64,000 nt of DNA, taken from contig OZ024743.1 in NCBI GenBank assembly GCA_964016885.1, positions 161,820,001-161,884,000 on the forward strand, in the 5' to 3' direction. A program made the position numbers and the translations under genes. Shown in pieces: positions 1 to 14,839 of this stretch (positions are counted from its first letter, which is position 1; each line of letters begins with the position of its first letter). The stretch comes from Eledone cirrhosa (Eukaryota). The notes beneath the pieces are model-generated. The model saw nothing but the letters and a program-made list of their open reading frames with translations, ran no database searches and was not told the origin of the DNA.

Positions 1-1496
1 ACTTTAGTAAATCCCTCTAAATTTTTCAGTAATTAATTCAAATACAGTTTGTTTTATTAGAAGTATGGTAATGAAAAGGTTAATATAATAATTGTTTCTT
101 CTTTTGGCACAAGGTAATATAATAATATAAGCAATAAATATAGAATTAACTATTTTATTGGATGCATTGAAATTTCTTATATTTTTTTAGTTGATGTGGT
201 TAACTCTTCTCATTTGCAGTGCTGTTTTTGTTGAACACCAGGTCATACCTTGTCAAATAGACCTATGATCAAAGACCTTCCAAATATGAGCATCCTATAT
301 TTTAATTAAAAAATACTGTATCTAGGATATATTGTTCAATGAATGTATCCTTTTCTACTTTTAATATGTGATATGGTGGTAATTTGGCTGCTATTTCTGG
401 TAGGCCAATTGACAACATAGATGATTCTTTGCTGGTTTGCAATGTTTCTTCATATTCTAGTAACTGAAAAAATAATTTTATAGTGAGGCTTAAATGAATT
501 TGGGAAGGCTTTGGAAAGAAATTGACAGCCATAATAGCCAAGGATGTGGTACAAGTGAAACCAGAGATCTTGTATTTAGCAAATACTAGTGCTAATGACA
601 ATACAATAATAATAGAATAATTCATATTATAAATGTCAATGTAATCTCACCCCCACCTCAAAAAAACACACAAGCTTTAAGGGCTGGTACTTAGATCTAG
701 TAAAGGTACATGAGAATAGCTGGTGAACTGGCAGAGTTGTTAGAAAGTCAGATAGAATGCAATGCTGTGCTTTTGGAGTTCAAATCCCAATGAGTTCAAC
801 ATGGCCTTTCATCCTTTTAAGGTCAATAAAAAATATACCAGTCTCTCTCTCTGGAAGTAATTGGCTATATTCAAGCCTGGAGTGGGAATGGGGTGTACCA
901 GGTTTAAAGTGCCCATGATGGTACCCCTACAATTACATCAGGAATTACGGGTCCATATATATACATAGTACCAAAATATGGAAAAATTGCAAATGAAAGG
1001 TGTCAACTATCATAAGCAACCAATAATTCAATTTAAAAGATGCAATTATAAAATACTTTCTGAAAACAACAATTAACCTCTTTTTAGCTGCTTCTTTCAC
1101 AACACTCACTATCACCAACACCACCATAACTATTATCAACACCACCACCACTATAGTTAAAACTATCACCATGACTACCATCACTATTACCACTAACAGC
1201 TCTTCAGCCACAATGAGCAAGTTGGTGTTGTAGCAAGGGAGGGGGTGCCATAGTATATAAATGTGTTAAGTAGGTGTTAATTGAAAAGGAAATTAAAATC
1301 TATTTCCAATATTAATAAAGCCTTTTTACAGCTTTCATTCCTCCCCACCCACCCTGAAAATATAAAAAAATAGAATAAAATAAATAAACTAAAAAAAATA
1401 AGTTAAGAATTATAAAAAACTCCAAATACAAATTCGAGAGATCAGCGACAATTCACAAAACTCAGAGTAGCAATAGAGAGTAATCTCAGTATTAAA

Positions 1497-1685
1497 ATAA
1501 ATAATTGTTTCTACTTTTGGCACAAAGCCAGCAATTACCCCAGTGCATTACTGGTACTTTATTTCATTAGCCCCATAAGGATGAAAGGCAAAGTTAATCT
1601 CGGCAGGATTTGAACTCAGACTGTAAAGGGCTGTAACTATGCTGCAATGCATGGCATCTGGCCCTCTACCGATATTGCCAATTCT
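1497..1685 (-). mobile_element. SINE family A copy; others near 718-842 (+), 19930-20045 (-), 32636-32775 (+), 34755-34868 (-)
   Basis: Colinear reverse complement of 46188-46375. Confidence 0.82.
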
Positions 1686-2534
1686 TTACTTTAGCATTCT
1701 TTCCTAGTGTTTGTAAACCCAAATGTATGTATATATTATATATATTTACCCCCCACTGCCTAATATGTTCTCTGTCCTTTCTTGACTCTTCATCTGCCTC
1801 TTCTTGATTTGTTTCTTACTTTCCTATCTAAATAATTTTCACTCACTCTCTCATATTCACTGTACCTCAACTGTACTTCAATGCACATATCAGTGAAGAC
1901 CACTTGGAATCTCTCAGACTCCCACTGCCCTCTGATGCTCTCCCATCCAGCCACTCATATTCACTGAGTTATACTGCCCACATAACGAGGAGTACCTTAG
2001 TCATGTAGATATCCACTAATCTTACCAATCTTCCTTTCATCCCAACTACAATTCCTCCTTTGAGCTGCTTGTCATCATTCCCTCTCCTCAAAGCAACTTA
2101 CATTACCCAACACCTGTTATCCCCTGCCCTCTCTTTTTCAGCAACAACATGAAGCTGCCATTGCTTCCACTACAGTGTCACTTCTGTCATACTCTCATCC
2201 TGCCAGTACTGCCTTTCTGTCTGTTCTGCTGAGTACACACCAAGCACCCTAATGCTGATGCCATGATAAAATGCACCCAATACACTGTGTATGGTAGTGC
2301 TGAAGCCATATCACTAGTTTCCTTTGATTTGATAGTTTAATACTTAGTATGGTCTCGTTTCAAAGACCCACTACACATTATACTATCTACTTTAATATAA
2401 TCTGCACTGTAAGTGCAGAGATAACTTAGCCTTAGATCAGGTTGATCTTACTTTTATGTTTGAAAGAAAACCGGTTTCATCTCTTGATAAATATCTATAA
2501 TTTTCTGAATCTATTGAGATTCAGGTATTTTTAA

Positions 2535-3070
2535 CATCATCATCGTTTTACGTCCGTTCTTCCACGCTAGCATAGGTTAGACGGGTTGTCCTGTTCTGGG
2601 CAGTGTCTGGTTGGCTGACCATGCCTTGCTCATACAGGAACTGATTTGGCTTGATTTCTACAGCTGGATGCCCTTCCTAACACTAACCTCATTTACAGTG
2701 AGTGCTGGGTGCTTTTTCGTGGTGCCTACATGTCCACTTTACAGTGTGGGCTGGGTGCTTTTTTGCCGTGGCACCTCCACGACCTCTTGAATAATAATAA
2801 TAATAATAATCATCCTTTTTACATCCATTTTTCTATACTTGCATGGGTTGAACGAGTCTTTTCCACTCATTGCATTCTGTCATCATCTATGTGCAGTTCA
2901 GCATTTTGAAATCTGCTCTCAATATTCTGCCTAGGTTTTTTTGCTTTCCTCAACTGCAGCTTCCTTCCACTGGGAGTTCCTGGCACTTATTCACCCAAAG
3001 ATCATTCTCCATGCTTATCACATAGCCATACCAGCAAAGTCTTCTCTTGCACACTGCATTTGATTCCTTT
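2535..3070 (-). mobile_element. RTE 3'-tail fragments
   Basis: CTACAGCTGGATGCCCTTCCTAAC motif and (CAT)n tails. Confidence 0.65.
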
Positions 3071-5154
3071 TAATTGTTATGCTTTTAGAGTATGATAAAA
3101 ATAGTTCTGTCTTCATTGGTAGAGAATCCTCAGTAGGTTTCGTCTCTAAGGAATTAACCAGTAGTTGACTATTACTAAACACTGAACTAGATGATAATTA
3201 AACCAAACTTTCACTTCTTATCTCATTACTTTATTTTATGTTTTTAATCTTGTTTTATTTACCTTTTACATTATGCTTTACTTTTCTCAAGTGCCTAATA
3301 GAATGACTTATACATGGGTAATGTGTGTCATGTGTATATGTATATATGTATACAAGTGTGTGTGTTCTGTGCACACAAGGTGTGTGTGTGTGGTGTGTGG
3401 TGTGTGGTGTGTGGTGTGTGTGTGTGTGCACTCAGCATGTGAGTGGTTTGTATGTTCACGTAAGAATCTGATAGAATGTGTGTGTGAGAGAGAGAGTGTG
3501 AATTTCCACATATGTTCTTTGTTCCTGTGCATATTTGTGTATGTCTAGAATTGGCTAAACAGACAGATCGTTGCATAGACAAGTAGAGCCATGTAATGTA
3601 AGTGAATTATTATACTTGCTTGATGAAAGCATTGTGATTGTGATAAAGATTATGATGGATGACGCCTGATGAAGAAGCAGACAGAGAGGATCTAGGAAGA
3701 AGAGGTAGAGGCAGATCTAATGCTTGGAGATATGGTGGGTTGTAAACTTGACCAACCTATGTCAGCAAAAACAGACATTAAAACAATTTTGCTCCTGGTG
3801 GCAGCAACAGCAGTGATAATGGTGGTGTTGTTTGGGGGAAGTGCTGATAGGGATGATACAAATAAACTGCCTCAAAAGGCCAGCCTGTCCCACAGAATGC
3901 TGAATCTCCCTGAGAATTGTATTAAGAATACATATCTCTCTTGAATACTTAGCTATGTAGACATTAATTTAATGAATAGGTTGTTTTATTGATAAAACAA
4001 GTGGATTACATATCAAAACTGACAGAGGTTCATTTACTTCTACTATATCTAGTATTACATTCTCCAATACATCTTTTCATCTCTAAGACTATAGGTTATG
4101 ATTTGAGGGATAAATGACTACTATTTCTAGCATATTGAACAATCACATAGAGTCAACTTTGTTGGCTAAATGCTTGTTTTCATACTATATGATATCTAAA
4201 CAGAAATTAAAAACTTCACTATAATTGAGGATGTCAAATACCTATTACTCTAAACTATTTCATTTCAACATAACTAACTTTCAAACTTTATTCTGGATTA
4301 TTCTTGCCATGATTACCTTTAGGGTTACCATTAATCTTCAGTATTTCATTGTGCAGTTCATATCCCTTGCCTATCTATGTGCCAACAACATGATATACCG
4401 ATATGGTTTCAACCTTACCTGTGTGTAGCATTATGATCTCATCCAAACATAATGTGACCTTCAAAGTTCATCTTCCTCATCAACACTAGCAACATATCAT
4501 CAGCTACATCATCAGCATTATCAATATCGTCATCATCATCACCAGCATCATCAACACCATTGTTGATACTACTAACACTACCACCATCAACATCATCACC
4601 ATCAATACCACCAGCATCAACATCATTAAACCAATGAAGGAAACTTAATATGAGAAATAGCAGTCAAATTTCCTTCAAATCAAAACTGGATAATGTAGTC
4701 ATGAGTCATCATCATCATCATTTTACGTCCATTTTTCCCTGCTTGCAAGGGTGGGACAGGAACTGATTCTGGCTTGATTTCTACAGCTGGATGCCCTTCC
4801 TAACACCAACCTCATTTACAGTGAGTGCTGGGTGGTTTTTGCCGTGGCACCTACACGACCACTTTGCAGTGGAATAATAGCCACACCAGAGTATACTATA
4901 ATAATGATGGAACAATGATGGATGGTCATAGTTGAAAGCCTTTGATCATAAGTCTGCTGAATGAGGGCATCAAGTTAATAACAATCATCACCCTGATCAT
5001 CATGACCATCATTGTCATCATAATGTTCATGCGTGTCATATGAAGGATGAATCTGGACAACATTTCTCCCTATGTCTCAATATCTGGACCAAGGAATGAA
5101 TTTTAATTGCTGAATCATAAGGGCAAAATGGAAGTTAAGTTATTATGGTAGCCA

Positions 5155-5367
5155 TTAACGCTTTAGTATTAAACTGGCTGTACCCGTCCAGAATTCTCTC
5201 ACCTCTTTCTGTTTAAACTGGCTGCTCATACTGATGTTAAGTTATTCTAAAAATAAATAATATCAAAATCTCATAGATTTAATATCTGAGATAATTTATC
5301 ATAGGTAAAGCCTTTACTGTGAAAATACAACAGTATATATAATGTAACGTAAATGCTAAAGGATTAA
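5155..5367. mobile_element. piggyBac-type MITE
   Basis: TTAA-CGCTTTAGTATT ... AATGCTAAAGGA-TTAA. Confidence 0.55.
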
Positions 5368-5539
5368 AGATGGAAATAAAGGGAATGTAGTTATAAAATC
5401 TTTTTGAAGCCCAAAGAAGACCCACTAAAGACGGTCACAAATTTTTTTCAGAATGACAAAGACATTTAATTTAAATAAAATGTATTATATGAAAAAGAAA
5501 ACAATATTTTGAATAAATTTGTAGTTATAGTATATATAT

Positions 5540-6840
5540 TGTCGTCATCATCATTATCATAATTTTACATCCGTTGTTCTATGCTTGTATGGGTTGGACG
5601 GGTCCTTTGCAGTACAACATCTCCCCACTTGTCGCATTCCTTTGTCATCTCCTCAGAGAGCTTCAGTGATTTGTGATCAGCTCTCAGCATAGCCACCCAA
5701 GTCTTCCTCTACTGTGGCTTCCTTCCACTGGGGTTACTTGATATTTCTTCATTCAGCAACCATTATCCATATGCAACATGTCCACACCAATGCAGTCTAC
5801 TCTCCTGCACACTATATTTGGTTCTTATACCCAGTTTCTTTCTCAGTTCATCCAAGGTGAGGCTATTAACCACTGCTATAGATCCTTCCTAGGATTGGCA
5901 AAGGTTCATATTTTATTATTACTGGCACTCTACCAATTGTCCTTGAATATCTACTACATACAAAGTCTTCCTTTCCTGTTAATTTGCCTGTTTTGTGTGT
6001 GTAATCATATGAACTTTTTACATATCTACTTGCTTAGATATTTTCTACATATCAAGCCAGACCACTTCCTGATGAGATTGGTGTCCTATCTTTTTTCCTA
6101 CTTATTAATATTTCAGTGTTTGCTAATTAACTCTAAGCTCTTTTGATTTTAGGTTGTGTTTCCACAGCTGGTATTTATTCTCTAGTTCTTCCACAGATTC
6201 AGCTATGAGGACTAGATCATCAGCATAGAGAGGTTCTCATGGGCAACCAGTCTTAAACTCCTCTGGTATGGCCTGGAGGACTAGGATAAACAGAAGTGAG
6301 CTAAGAACTGAACACTGATGCACTCCTACCTGTACCTTGAATTCCTCACTAAACTCACTTCCTATTCTTACTTTACTTACATGGTCTGCACTGCTCATAC
6401 AAGCCACTCTTCTACACCTAATTTCCGTAAGGACGACCAGATGATTAACCAGGGTACTCAGTCAAAGGCTTTCAATTAGTTGTGTTAGAACTCTTTCTGT
6501 CACTTTCATAACTTGATCCTTTAGTTTTATTCCTCTGTAGCTGCTCCTTTCTAGAGAATCACCTTTTCCCTTGTAATTAATGATTATGCTATTGCACCAG
6601 TCATTGGGTACAGCCCCCTCCTGTATTATCAGATTGACGATGCAGGTGATGAGTTCAACTACTTCCTTTAGCATTTCAGTGACTATCTCAGATGGTTCTG
6701 CAGCTTTACCATTTTTTCATCTCCTTGATACTTCTTCGACCCCATGACTGCCAATTTTGACAGCTGGTCCTTCTGTTGAGTCAGTTGCAAGTAGTCCCCC
6801 TTCCTCACCTTCATTTTCCAGATTCATTAACCTTTCATAT
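5540..6840 (-). mobile_element. Decayed RTE LINE of the same family
   Basis: Minus-strand ORF NYKGKGDSLERSSYRGIKL, a YADDL-encoding segment near 6215-6230 and the family 3' tail near 5545-5600. Confidence 0.8.
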
Positions 6841-7789
6841 ATGTTAAAGATTTAATGTGGGAATAGTACGATGTGATTTACCTAATAGAGTGGATGCTAA
6901 AGATAATTTTGTGGAGTCCAGAAATGAAAATGCAAACACTAGAAAGAGAAAACAAAACTGTAGGGAGAGAGGGAGAGAGATATTTCAAAGAGCATCATTA
7001 CGAGATGTGATAGAGATATTTTATAATGTATGAGATTTCTGTAATGTTCTATTTTTGTCGTCTAAAGAAAATTAATTATCACAGGAATGACACCACTTAA
7101 AATAAAATTTCACCGGAGATAGGTTAGCAAAATTTAATAAGCAGTGGGGTAATAATGGGGATGGTGGAAAGAATCTTAAAAATTAATAAGTGGGGAGAGG
7201 ACGATTACTCGTGACCCAAAAGTAACTGACTAGAAGCAAAACAGCAATGTTTCAAAGTATAATGTTCTGCTTTTCTGATAATGATTTTGTAAGTAATGCA
7301 TGATGGGTATCTACCATGGTTATATTATAGCAATACTAAACTGTTAATGTTGCTTGGTTTGGGGTGTGGCGGGGATTTTTTTTAATGGTTTGCATTTATT
7401 TTCCCATAGTTTATGGGTAGAAATGGTTCACTGATAACAGCAACAGTTTTTACCTCAGACGAAGTCCTTCCTACTAATAACCAGTTAAGTAGGAAAGACA
7501 ACCTGTTTTCTTGTTCCGTCAAGACCCCCTACACACCCACTCCAAACAGAGATAGACATCTTGTTGAGAGACAAAACAATAACTGAGCAGTTGAATAAAC
7601 AAACCAAAAGAAAAATATGCACACACACTGTAACAGATAAACCTGCACATACTAATCACTTAACTCCCTAAAAATTCATACAACATTTATACTGTATGAA
7701 AATCCCCACACCTCTATTAGTATATATCATGCACTGTTCAGATTAAACTCAATCATTTATTTTAGATATATGCTAATTTTCTATGCCAG

Positions 7790-8590
7790 CTATTGTACAA
7801 TTCACATAAAAATTTTGAATGCTTCCATTCTAACAGAATGTTTATGCTTTCTACATCACTTTATATAAAAATTCTGTTTCCTGCGTTTGGGATATTGGAT
7901 TAGAAAAATTGTTTTTCAACGAATATTCTGGGATAGATCTTGATCTCTGTGCTAAATTTTATAATGATTTATTACAAGACAGAAATATAATCTATGAAAA
8001 TTTGCATTTCTTCAGCTTTGTGTACAACCAAGTGGCAATACTCTGCATAAAGAACATGAACAAGAGATTGAAAGACATTTGAATTGGGTGCAAAACACAG
8101 CAAATTGAAGAGATGCCAGGAAGCATGAGTGAGAGGAACAACAAAGAGAGTGGGGGCAAGGATGTGACCATGTTTGACACTCTGCATGTTACCATGCTTC
8201 AATTTCATCATGAAAAGAATTATTTATACAAAGTGATCCGGTAACTGAGTTCGCAGAGTATTTTTTACAAGATTGCCCTAAGCCTTCGTTAGTTGAATGA
8301 AAACCTGGACAAGATACATATTCTGCTCATAGCACTTCTGTTTTGCTGTGAAGATCATATAAATTGTTTCTCTACCAATATGTAAGTCACATAGGTTCAG
8401 GAAGGACATCAATTACAAGGGAATTGTTCAGGCAAGTAAGAAAAATACTTACCAAAATCTTGTCAATAGTTGACGATAAAACAAAACTGCTGTGGTTATC
8501 TGCCATACTTTATTCTGACATCCTTTCCTTTATAAAGAGGGAACATGATTGTATTGTTCAAATCTTTGGGAACAGTACCGCCTCTCCAGG
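7790..8590 (-). mobile_element. Old RTE RT fragment
   Basis: VKHGHILAPTLF (degenerate QGC.LAPTLF) and a PLYKGK-like segment on the minus strand. Confidence 0.55.
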
Positions 8591-10189
8591 CTACAATAAG
8601 TTCTATCTATTGATCTATCTACGAATCCCCCACCCCGCTGTCCATTCATCTGCCCCCACCCCCACCTGCTGTCTAACCATCCATCTATCTATATATCATA
8701 CACTATCTCTATCATTTGTCCATTACCTGTATCCACCAATGTACACAGCCAGCCAACCGTTCATCTGTTAACTCCAGACTTATTACAAATTCTGTCATTT
8801 CTCTCTCCCCACTCTCTCTCTCTCTCTGATTTTACAGTCTAATGTAGTTGGAATGTCAATAGAGACCACACAGCTTATAGTGATAAGGAGAGGAAACATT
8901 AATGGCAGTGTTGGTGGGGGAAACATAGCTGACAGTGGTAGAGGTGGGAGAGACAATGTGACAGGGAAGATACTGGTGACAATAATATGGAGTGAGCAAG
9001 ACTGGTGAAGGATGGTAGGAGCTGGCAGTGACTAATGATTGGTAGTGGTGGAGGAGAGAGAGAGTAACTCTGGCAGGTGCAGTTAAGGGGATAAGACACT
9101 TCTACTTGCAAACAAGAACAGGTAGGTAGGTGTTTAGAGATGAGGGTAGAAACATGGCCCCTTGCAAAAAGAGTCGACAACTTCAATAGCAGAGCTCTGA
9201 GGATCATCAAGAACATCAGATGGTACCACCACATTTCCAAAAAGAGTTGCATACACACACGCATTATCCCACAGCCTCATAACCATCTACCACATGCACT
9301 AGTACGAACATGTCCTCCTCCTGCTGCCAGATCATCCTACCAAGCCCTTACTCTTGTTCAACACAGCAGCTACAAGCTGGAAGAGTCCCCGGTGGACCTA
9401 GTTGGCTCTACACATGATGATTCCCCTGGGATCACTGACCTAGGATGAACCCAGTCTTATCGAGTAACCAGAAGGAGGAGGAAAAAAGAAAAAGAAAAAA
9501 AGGAGGATTGAAAGTTTATCTCAAATGTAAGTAAGCAGGTAATCATCCTAACATCTGGTTTCCCAGCTAACGAGGGTTGGATAGGTTGTCACAGACCAAG
9601 TATTTAATGAGAGCCCTTTACCGCTCAGAGCGACTGAGAATCTGCATTTCACTCACATATGCTCCAATAATCTACAGAGTATGCCAGGTGCATTATATTG
9701 TGGCACCAGCTTTAGAGAAGTTGTGTCAAGGACACAACTAAAGGGTTCTCTTGTTTGACAATTGTTAATTTTAATTTCAGATCAGGATTATTTCTTTATA
9801 CCTGTTTACATTATTTGATGATTTTGATGATCATCAACTGAATGTCTGGACACATTAATAATATATAAGTGGCTGAGTATTCCACATACATGTGTACCCT
9901 TAATATAATTCACAAACTGAAGTTGTGTGATACTATGTGTCATGTGTACACCTTTGAATTACATGTACAATATATCAGGTCAACAATCTACCAAATTCCA
10001 CTCACAAGATCTTAGCCAACCCAAGGTTATAATAAAACACTGGCCCAAAATGCCACAGAATGGGATTAAACCTGGAACCTCATGTCTGCAAAACAAATTT
10101 CTTAGCTACTCGGCCATGCCTGTGTCCAAAAATTGCTAATAACAGCATAATATATCACATGCTAAAACATACAGGTTATGGTGAGTAGT

Positions 10190-11745
10190 TTTTCTTCTTT
10201 GCCCACTTATTCCTGGGAGGGTCATAGGAGCAAAATCCTCAAGCATGCCTTCCAGTGGGTTCAGTCAGAAACAACCATTTCCAACTAAGCCAGCTGGATC
10301 CCCATGCAAGACCAGCCAAGCTCATGTATGTTATCCAACCATCTTGCTCGGTGTCTACCCCTGGGTCTTCTGCCAAATCGGTTTGCCTGTAAAATCTGAC
10401 CACTGATTCTTCCCCGAGACATTCTAATTACATGTTCATAATATAGGTACTGTGATCTCTGGAGCAACTCTCTATTGAGTAACATTACTTCAAAGACCCT
10501 TTCGGTGAACCCCATATTCACAATCGTATTTATTTTTTTTTTGTCACTACCCGAGATACATGACCATAGGTAAGAGTTGGCATGAATACCAAATTGAAGA
10601 TAGTGAGTTTGGCTTTTACACCTACCTCCCTTCTAATAAACGAATGCTGCACCAACTCACTTGCACTTAATTCAGCCTGCTGCCAACCATCACTCATGAA
10701 TACGGCCCTAAGATATTTGAAATTCTCCATCTTCTTCAGTGGAACTCCTCTCACATGTAGAGTGCATTGCGCAGGCTTCCTTGAAAGGACAAGTGTCTCA
10801 GTCATTGCAACACTAATTTTCATTCCAGTCATGCAGCACACATTATCAAACCTACCAAGTGCATGTTAGGGATCACCTGAGAAGTTAAATTGTACCATGT
10901 CATCTGCAAATTCCAGCCAACTGATCCTAGACCTGCCAGTCTCGATACCACTTTCAACCCGGCTGCGTATGTCAATCCTTTCATGAAGATTGTAAACAGG
11001 AGTGGTGACAGTACACACCCTTGGTGGAATCTGATACCCACATTAAATGGTTTTGACTTAGCATCATTTATCCAATCACAAATGTAGCCTCATTTATCCA
11101 AATACAAATACTAGCAGATTCATATTGAGACATTAGAGCAACAAGAATCTATCCATCAAACTATACTCCTGCAAAACCTTCAACAACAGGTTCTGTGGAA
11201 TGAGATAATATGCCTTTTTGAGGTCTATGAAACAAGGATACATCTCTAGGCAATATTCCCATGGTTTTTCACAGACCTGTCGTGTGAATATTTGGTTGGC
11301 TGTGCTGCGTCCAGGGTGAAAACCACACATCAGCTAGCTTGGACTCAACAATATCCCTATATCACTTTGCTAGACACTTAGCATAGACTTTACCAGGGTG
11401 GCTTAACAAGAAGATCCCACTATAATTGGAACAATCTCTCATCTCCCTTTATTGAAAATTAGGATTATCACTCTCGACTGCCATTGCTTCGGTGCCTTTC
11501 AAGAGATCCAGACCATCCAGCACACATGGATCAGCCAGAGAATACTTTCTCTATTTAAGGCTTCTTAACATCTTGGGCTAAATTTCGTCCTCTCCAATAG
11601 CCATAACCATATTTGATTTCTTTAATTTCCCTTGTGACTTCAGCCTCTGAGAGGTTAGTCATTGCTCCCAGGTGCACCTTGTGTACATTAGAAGATGTCG
11701 TGACCTAGTTTAGGAGATTAGCAAAGTATTCTCTCCACATACATT
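10190..11745 (-). mobile_element. Second RTE family, decayed RT; 3' pieces also at 45300-45722 (-) and 46490-47015 (+)
   Basis: GFHPGRSTANQIF, FIDLKKAY, HQGCVLSPLLF, FKYL, PTLTYG and GRRPRGR.R.RW in broken ORFs. Confidence 0.85.
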
Positions 11746-12479
11746 GTGACTGAGATCTGGTTATTGATATGTAATTAAATCAAAACTAACTAGACATTTT
11801 ACTGTGTAATAATAAAATTGGACATGAAGTCAATACTAGCTTGGCTAAGCTTCTTGATCAAAACATAACCATGTTAATGTTTTAAAACATGAAGGTTGTA
11901 AGTAGTATAACTTTATAGAAAATCATACATTATTATCAATATTCTACCATGTGGCTGCCAATAAACCTGTAAAAACTCTTTTCTACATTTAGAAATATTT
12001 TTAAAATAATAGTAATCCATATTATAATGAAAGTAGTAGGTCTATATAAATAACCAAGACACTGCCAGCTCTTACAACACTTATCACACCTTTCCTAAAT
12101 CACACCTCACACTGCCTCTTACACTACCTACTTCTCTGAACTAATGAAAAACAACTTATACCTCAGTTTAACTTTTTTTATACTAATATTTCCAAAACTA
12201 CTCTACTTTTATAATAGAAAACTGCCCATTTAAAAATGTGTACACTTAATATTAAAAATCTTTCATCATAATATTTAAGAAATTTTTAAGGTAATGTTTC
12301 TAACATCAGCTTACAAGTTAAAAAGTTATTTTATGAAATTCCTCAAAATTTGTGATTATTTTCAAAATAAATTAAAACACATAAGCAGTGTATTTCATTT
12401 CATTAGAAATATGGTAACAAAAGTGTTAAAAGAATGAAATATATATATATATATGCAGACAAGATACTCTCATACTGTA

Positions 12480-13820
12480 TCCCTGCCTAATATTTTCCAG
12501 TGTATTAGGTAATGTCAATGTATGTGAACTGCATGATCATTTATTCAACATATACTTAGTAGTTAATGAGGATTTTCTGAGTTTTTCATGCTTGTTGTCA
12601 GATATGAAATAGTTTCAACAATATTTTCACAATACTGCAAAACATATATGCTTTGGGAAAAATCTGGAGAGGCCCATCATTAGGAAAGATTCAACCAAAA
12701 ACTTTAGCAATACATTGTCAGGCACATTTTTTAAGATTCTGTCTGAAAGAAATTACAGTGCAATTTAAAATACTAATTATACAACATGATTGATACTTTT
12801 ATCCACTAAAAAGTGTCTTTTCTTGGTGAATTGAAAAATTATGTAAGCGTCTGAAAGCAAATTGAGGTCTGATGGTATATTAAGTGCAATTAGATAGACA
12901 GTATGGACATCTAACTTTCAAGAAATTCTTCACAATTCTTCAGTTGAATACAAGTGTAAATTCTATTGGATACCGATATTCGGGACCATATAAAAAGATG
13001 CCAGGCTTAAATGGAAACTTAATTTCTTCTTTAGACTAAATCTTGATCAGCTCTTGTACCTGCATACAGATAATTTATCAAAATCACTGCAAACAGCAAA
13101 AACAGAAGCTAATAGATGGACAGATGATGCCAGAAATTACTAAACAAGTTTTGAAAGATATTAAGCATGAGGATTCATTTGATAACCTGTATGATAATAT
13201 TGTTCCAATGGCAGAAACACACTATTTCATCTAAGAAACTGTATTATCATGGACACCAAAGATCTCTAGTAAAATTGGAATGTAAATTGGGGAACGTACA
13301 TTTATGTCAATAGTATGGAACTATTACAGACATTTATTTTGGAAACTGTAGATACAATATTCTTTTCTATCGATTAGCACATTGATCAGGCAAGTTACAA
13401 GGAAATTTCAAAGCAAGAGCCACTGCTTCTTAAAGCAATCAAAACAAGAAAAAAAAAAACATCTCACTAGAAATCAATTGTATCAAGGAAAGAATGCCAA
13501 AATTTATGAAAGAGTTCTGCTTATTACTTCGCTGACATTGTAGATCATCTGAAGGCAAAAACACCTAATGAAAAGCACCTAATATCAGAGATTTATGCCA
13601 ACTTTTACTTGTAAATCCTGTAACATCTGCTAAGCAAGTATTTTCTCTAGCAAAACAACTAAAGACATGTTTTCTGTCAAGAATGACACAAGAAAGATTA
13701 AATTCACTGGCTATATTTTGTATCATAAAAAACAGACAAACAAAATATATCTGATTACAGTTGCTATAGAATTTGACTCATGAAATGAAAATAGGCAAAA
13801 GAATTTCAGCAGATTCTGAT
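12480..13820 (+). mobile_element. Decayed hAT (ZMYM1-like) transposase
   Basis: From 13602 reads LLLVNPVTSAKQVFSLAKQLKTCFLSRMTQERLNSLAI, matching the hAT C-terminal dimerisation domain. Upstream frames are broken. Confidence 0.78.
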
Positions 13821-14839
13821 TTGTTGATGGTAAATTGAGTTGAACAATGAAGTTTCTTCTCTCCCGAAAGAGCATCTTATGATAGGTATTTTATTATATA
13901 TATATATCTTACAAATTTTAATCTATGCCTTCCTAGTAATGAAATAGAAACAACACAGATTACAATTGCAGAGATATCATTTAATTTTCCATGTGTATAA
14001 ATTATGGTTAATATTAGCTTTTAGCATTAATTGACATTTCAACATATAGATTTAAATATAGATGTTAGAGAATATTATTGCATACTAACATTAATTTATA
14101 TTAATCATGTCTTATACCAAAAAACAGCTCTACAGTGCCTGCAGAAATATGTATAAGTAAGAGCATATTTAATAGAAGATATACCATTTGGTTTCTATCC
14201 CTGTGTAGTGTGCAGGTTTGTATTATAAAAATGTGAAAAAAATTTTGTGAGTACATTTTGTGTGCGTGTGCGCGCGCGTGCGTATACACAAACAATCTAC
14301 ATTTATATCTGAATATTTCTCAGAATTGTTCTGTCTGATTGACATACACTTATTTACATGCTAGCATGGTGTATTTACTACTTACTTCATCTACTTGTCT
14401 GTGTATAAGAATTCATCTTTGCCTTTCTGTCCCAGTCATAGTGTTTACATTTATCTCAAACAATGCAGTGAATCATATGAAGTAATATTTTCTGTCTTCC
14501 ATTTCCCTGTACGTCTATTTCCCTACAGATCAATTACTTTCTGGACGTCTAAAGACACTACAACCCACAGTATGATCACAGTAGAAATGTCTTTAATCAT
14601 AGATCCATTGGATTAAGGTTGAATATGAAGTAAATAAATATACTACTGGATATGGTACAACCCTGCAGAAATGATAAATCATTTATCCAAATGTTTTGGT
14701 ATTTAGTTTCATCTCTCATGTCAATCCAAGGTCAAATTCCATTGAGCTCAACTCATTTAGGAGTAATAATATAAGTGCCTCTAATATATTGTTATATTAG
14801 TGGAGTAGACAATTGATTTAGAGATTCAAACATTTAACA

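Noticed and set aside
3720-3944. Short ORF with a hydrophobic stretch
   Set aside because: No homology cue or splice context.
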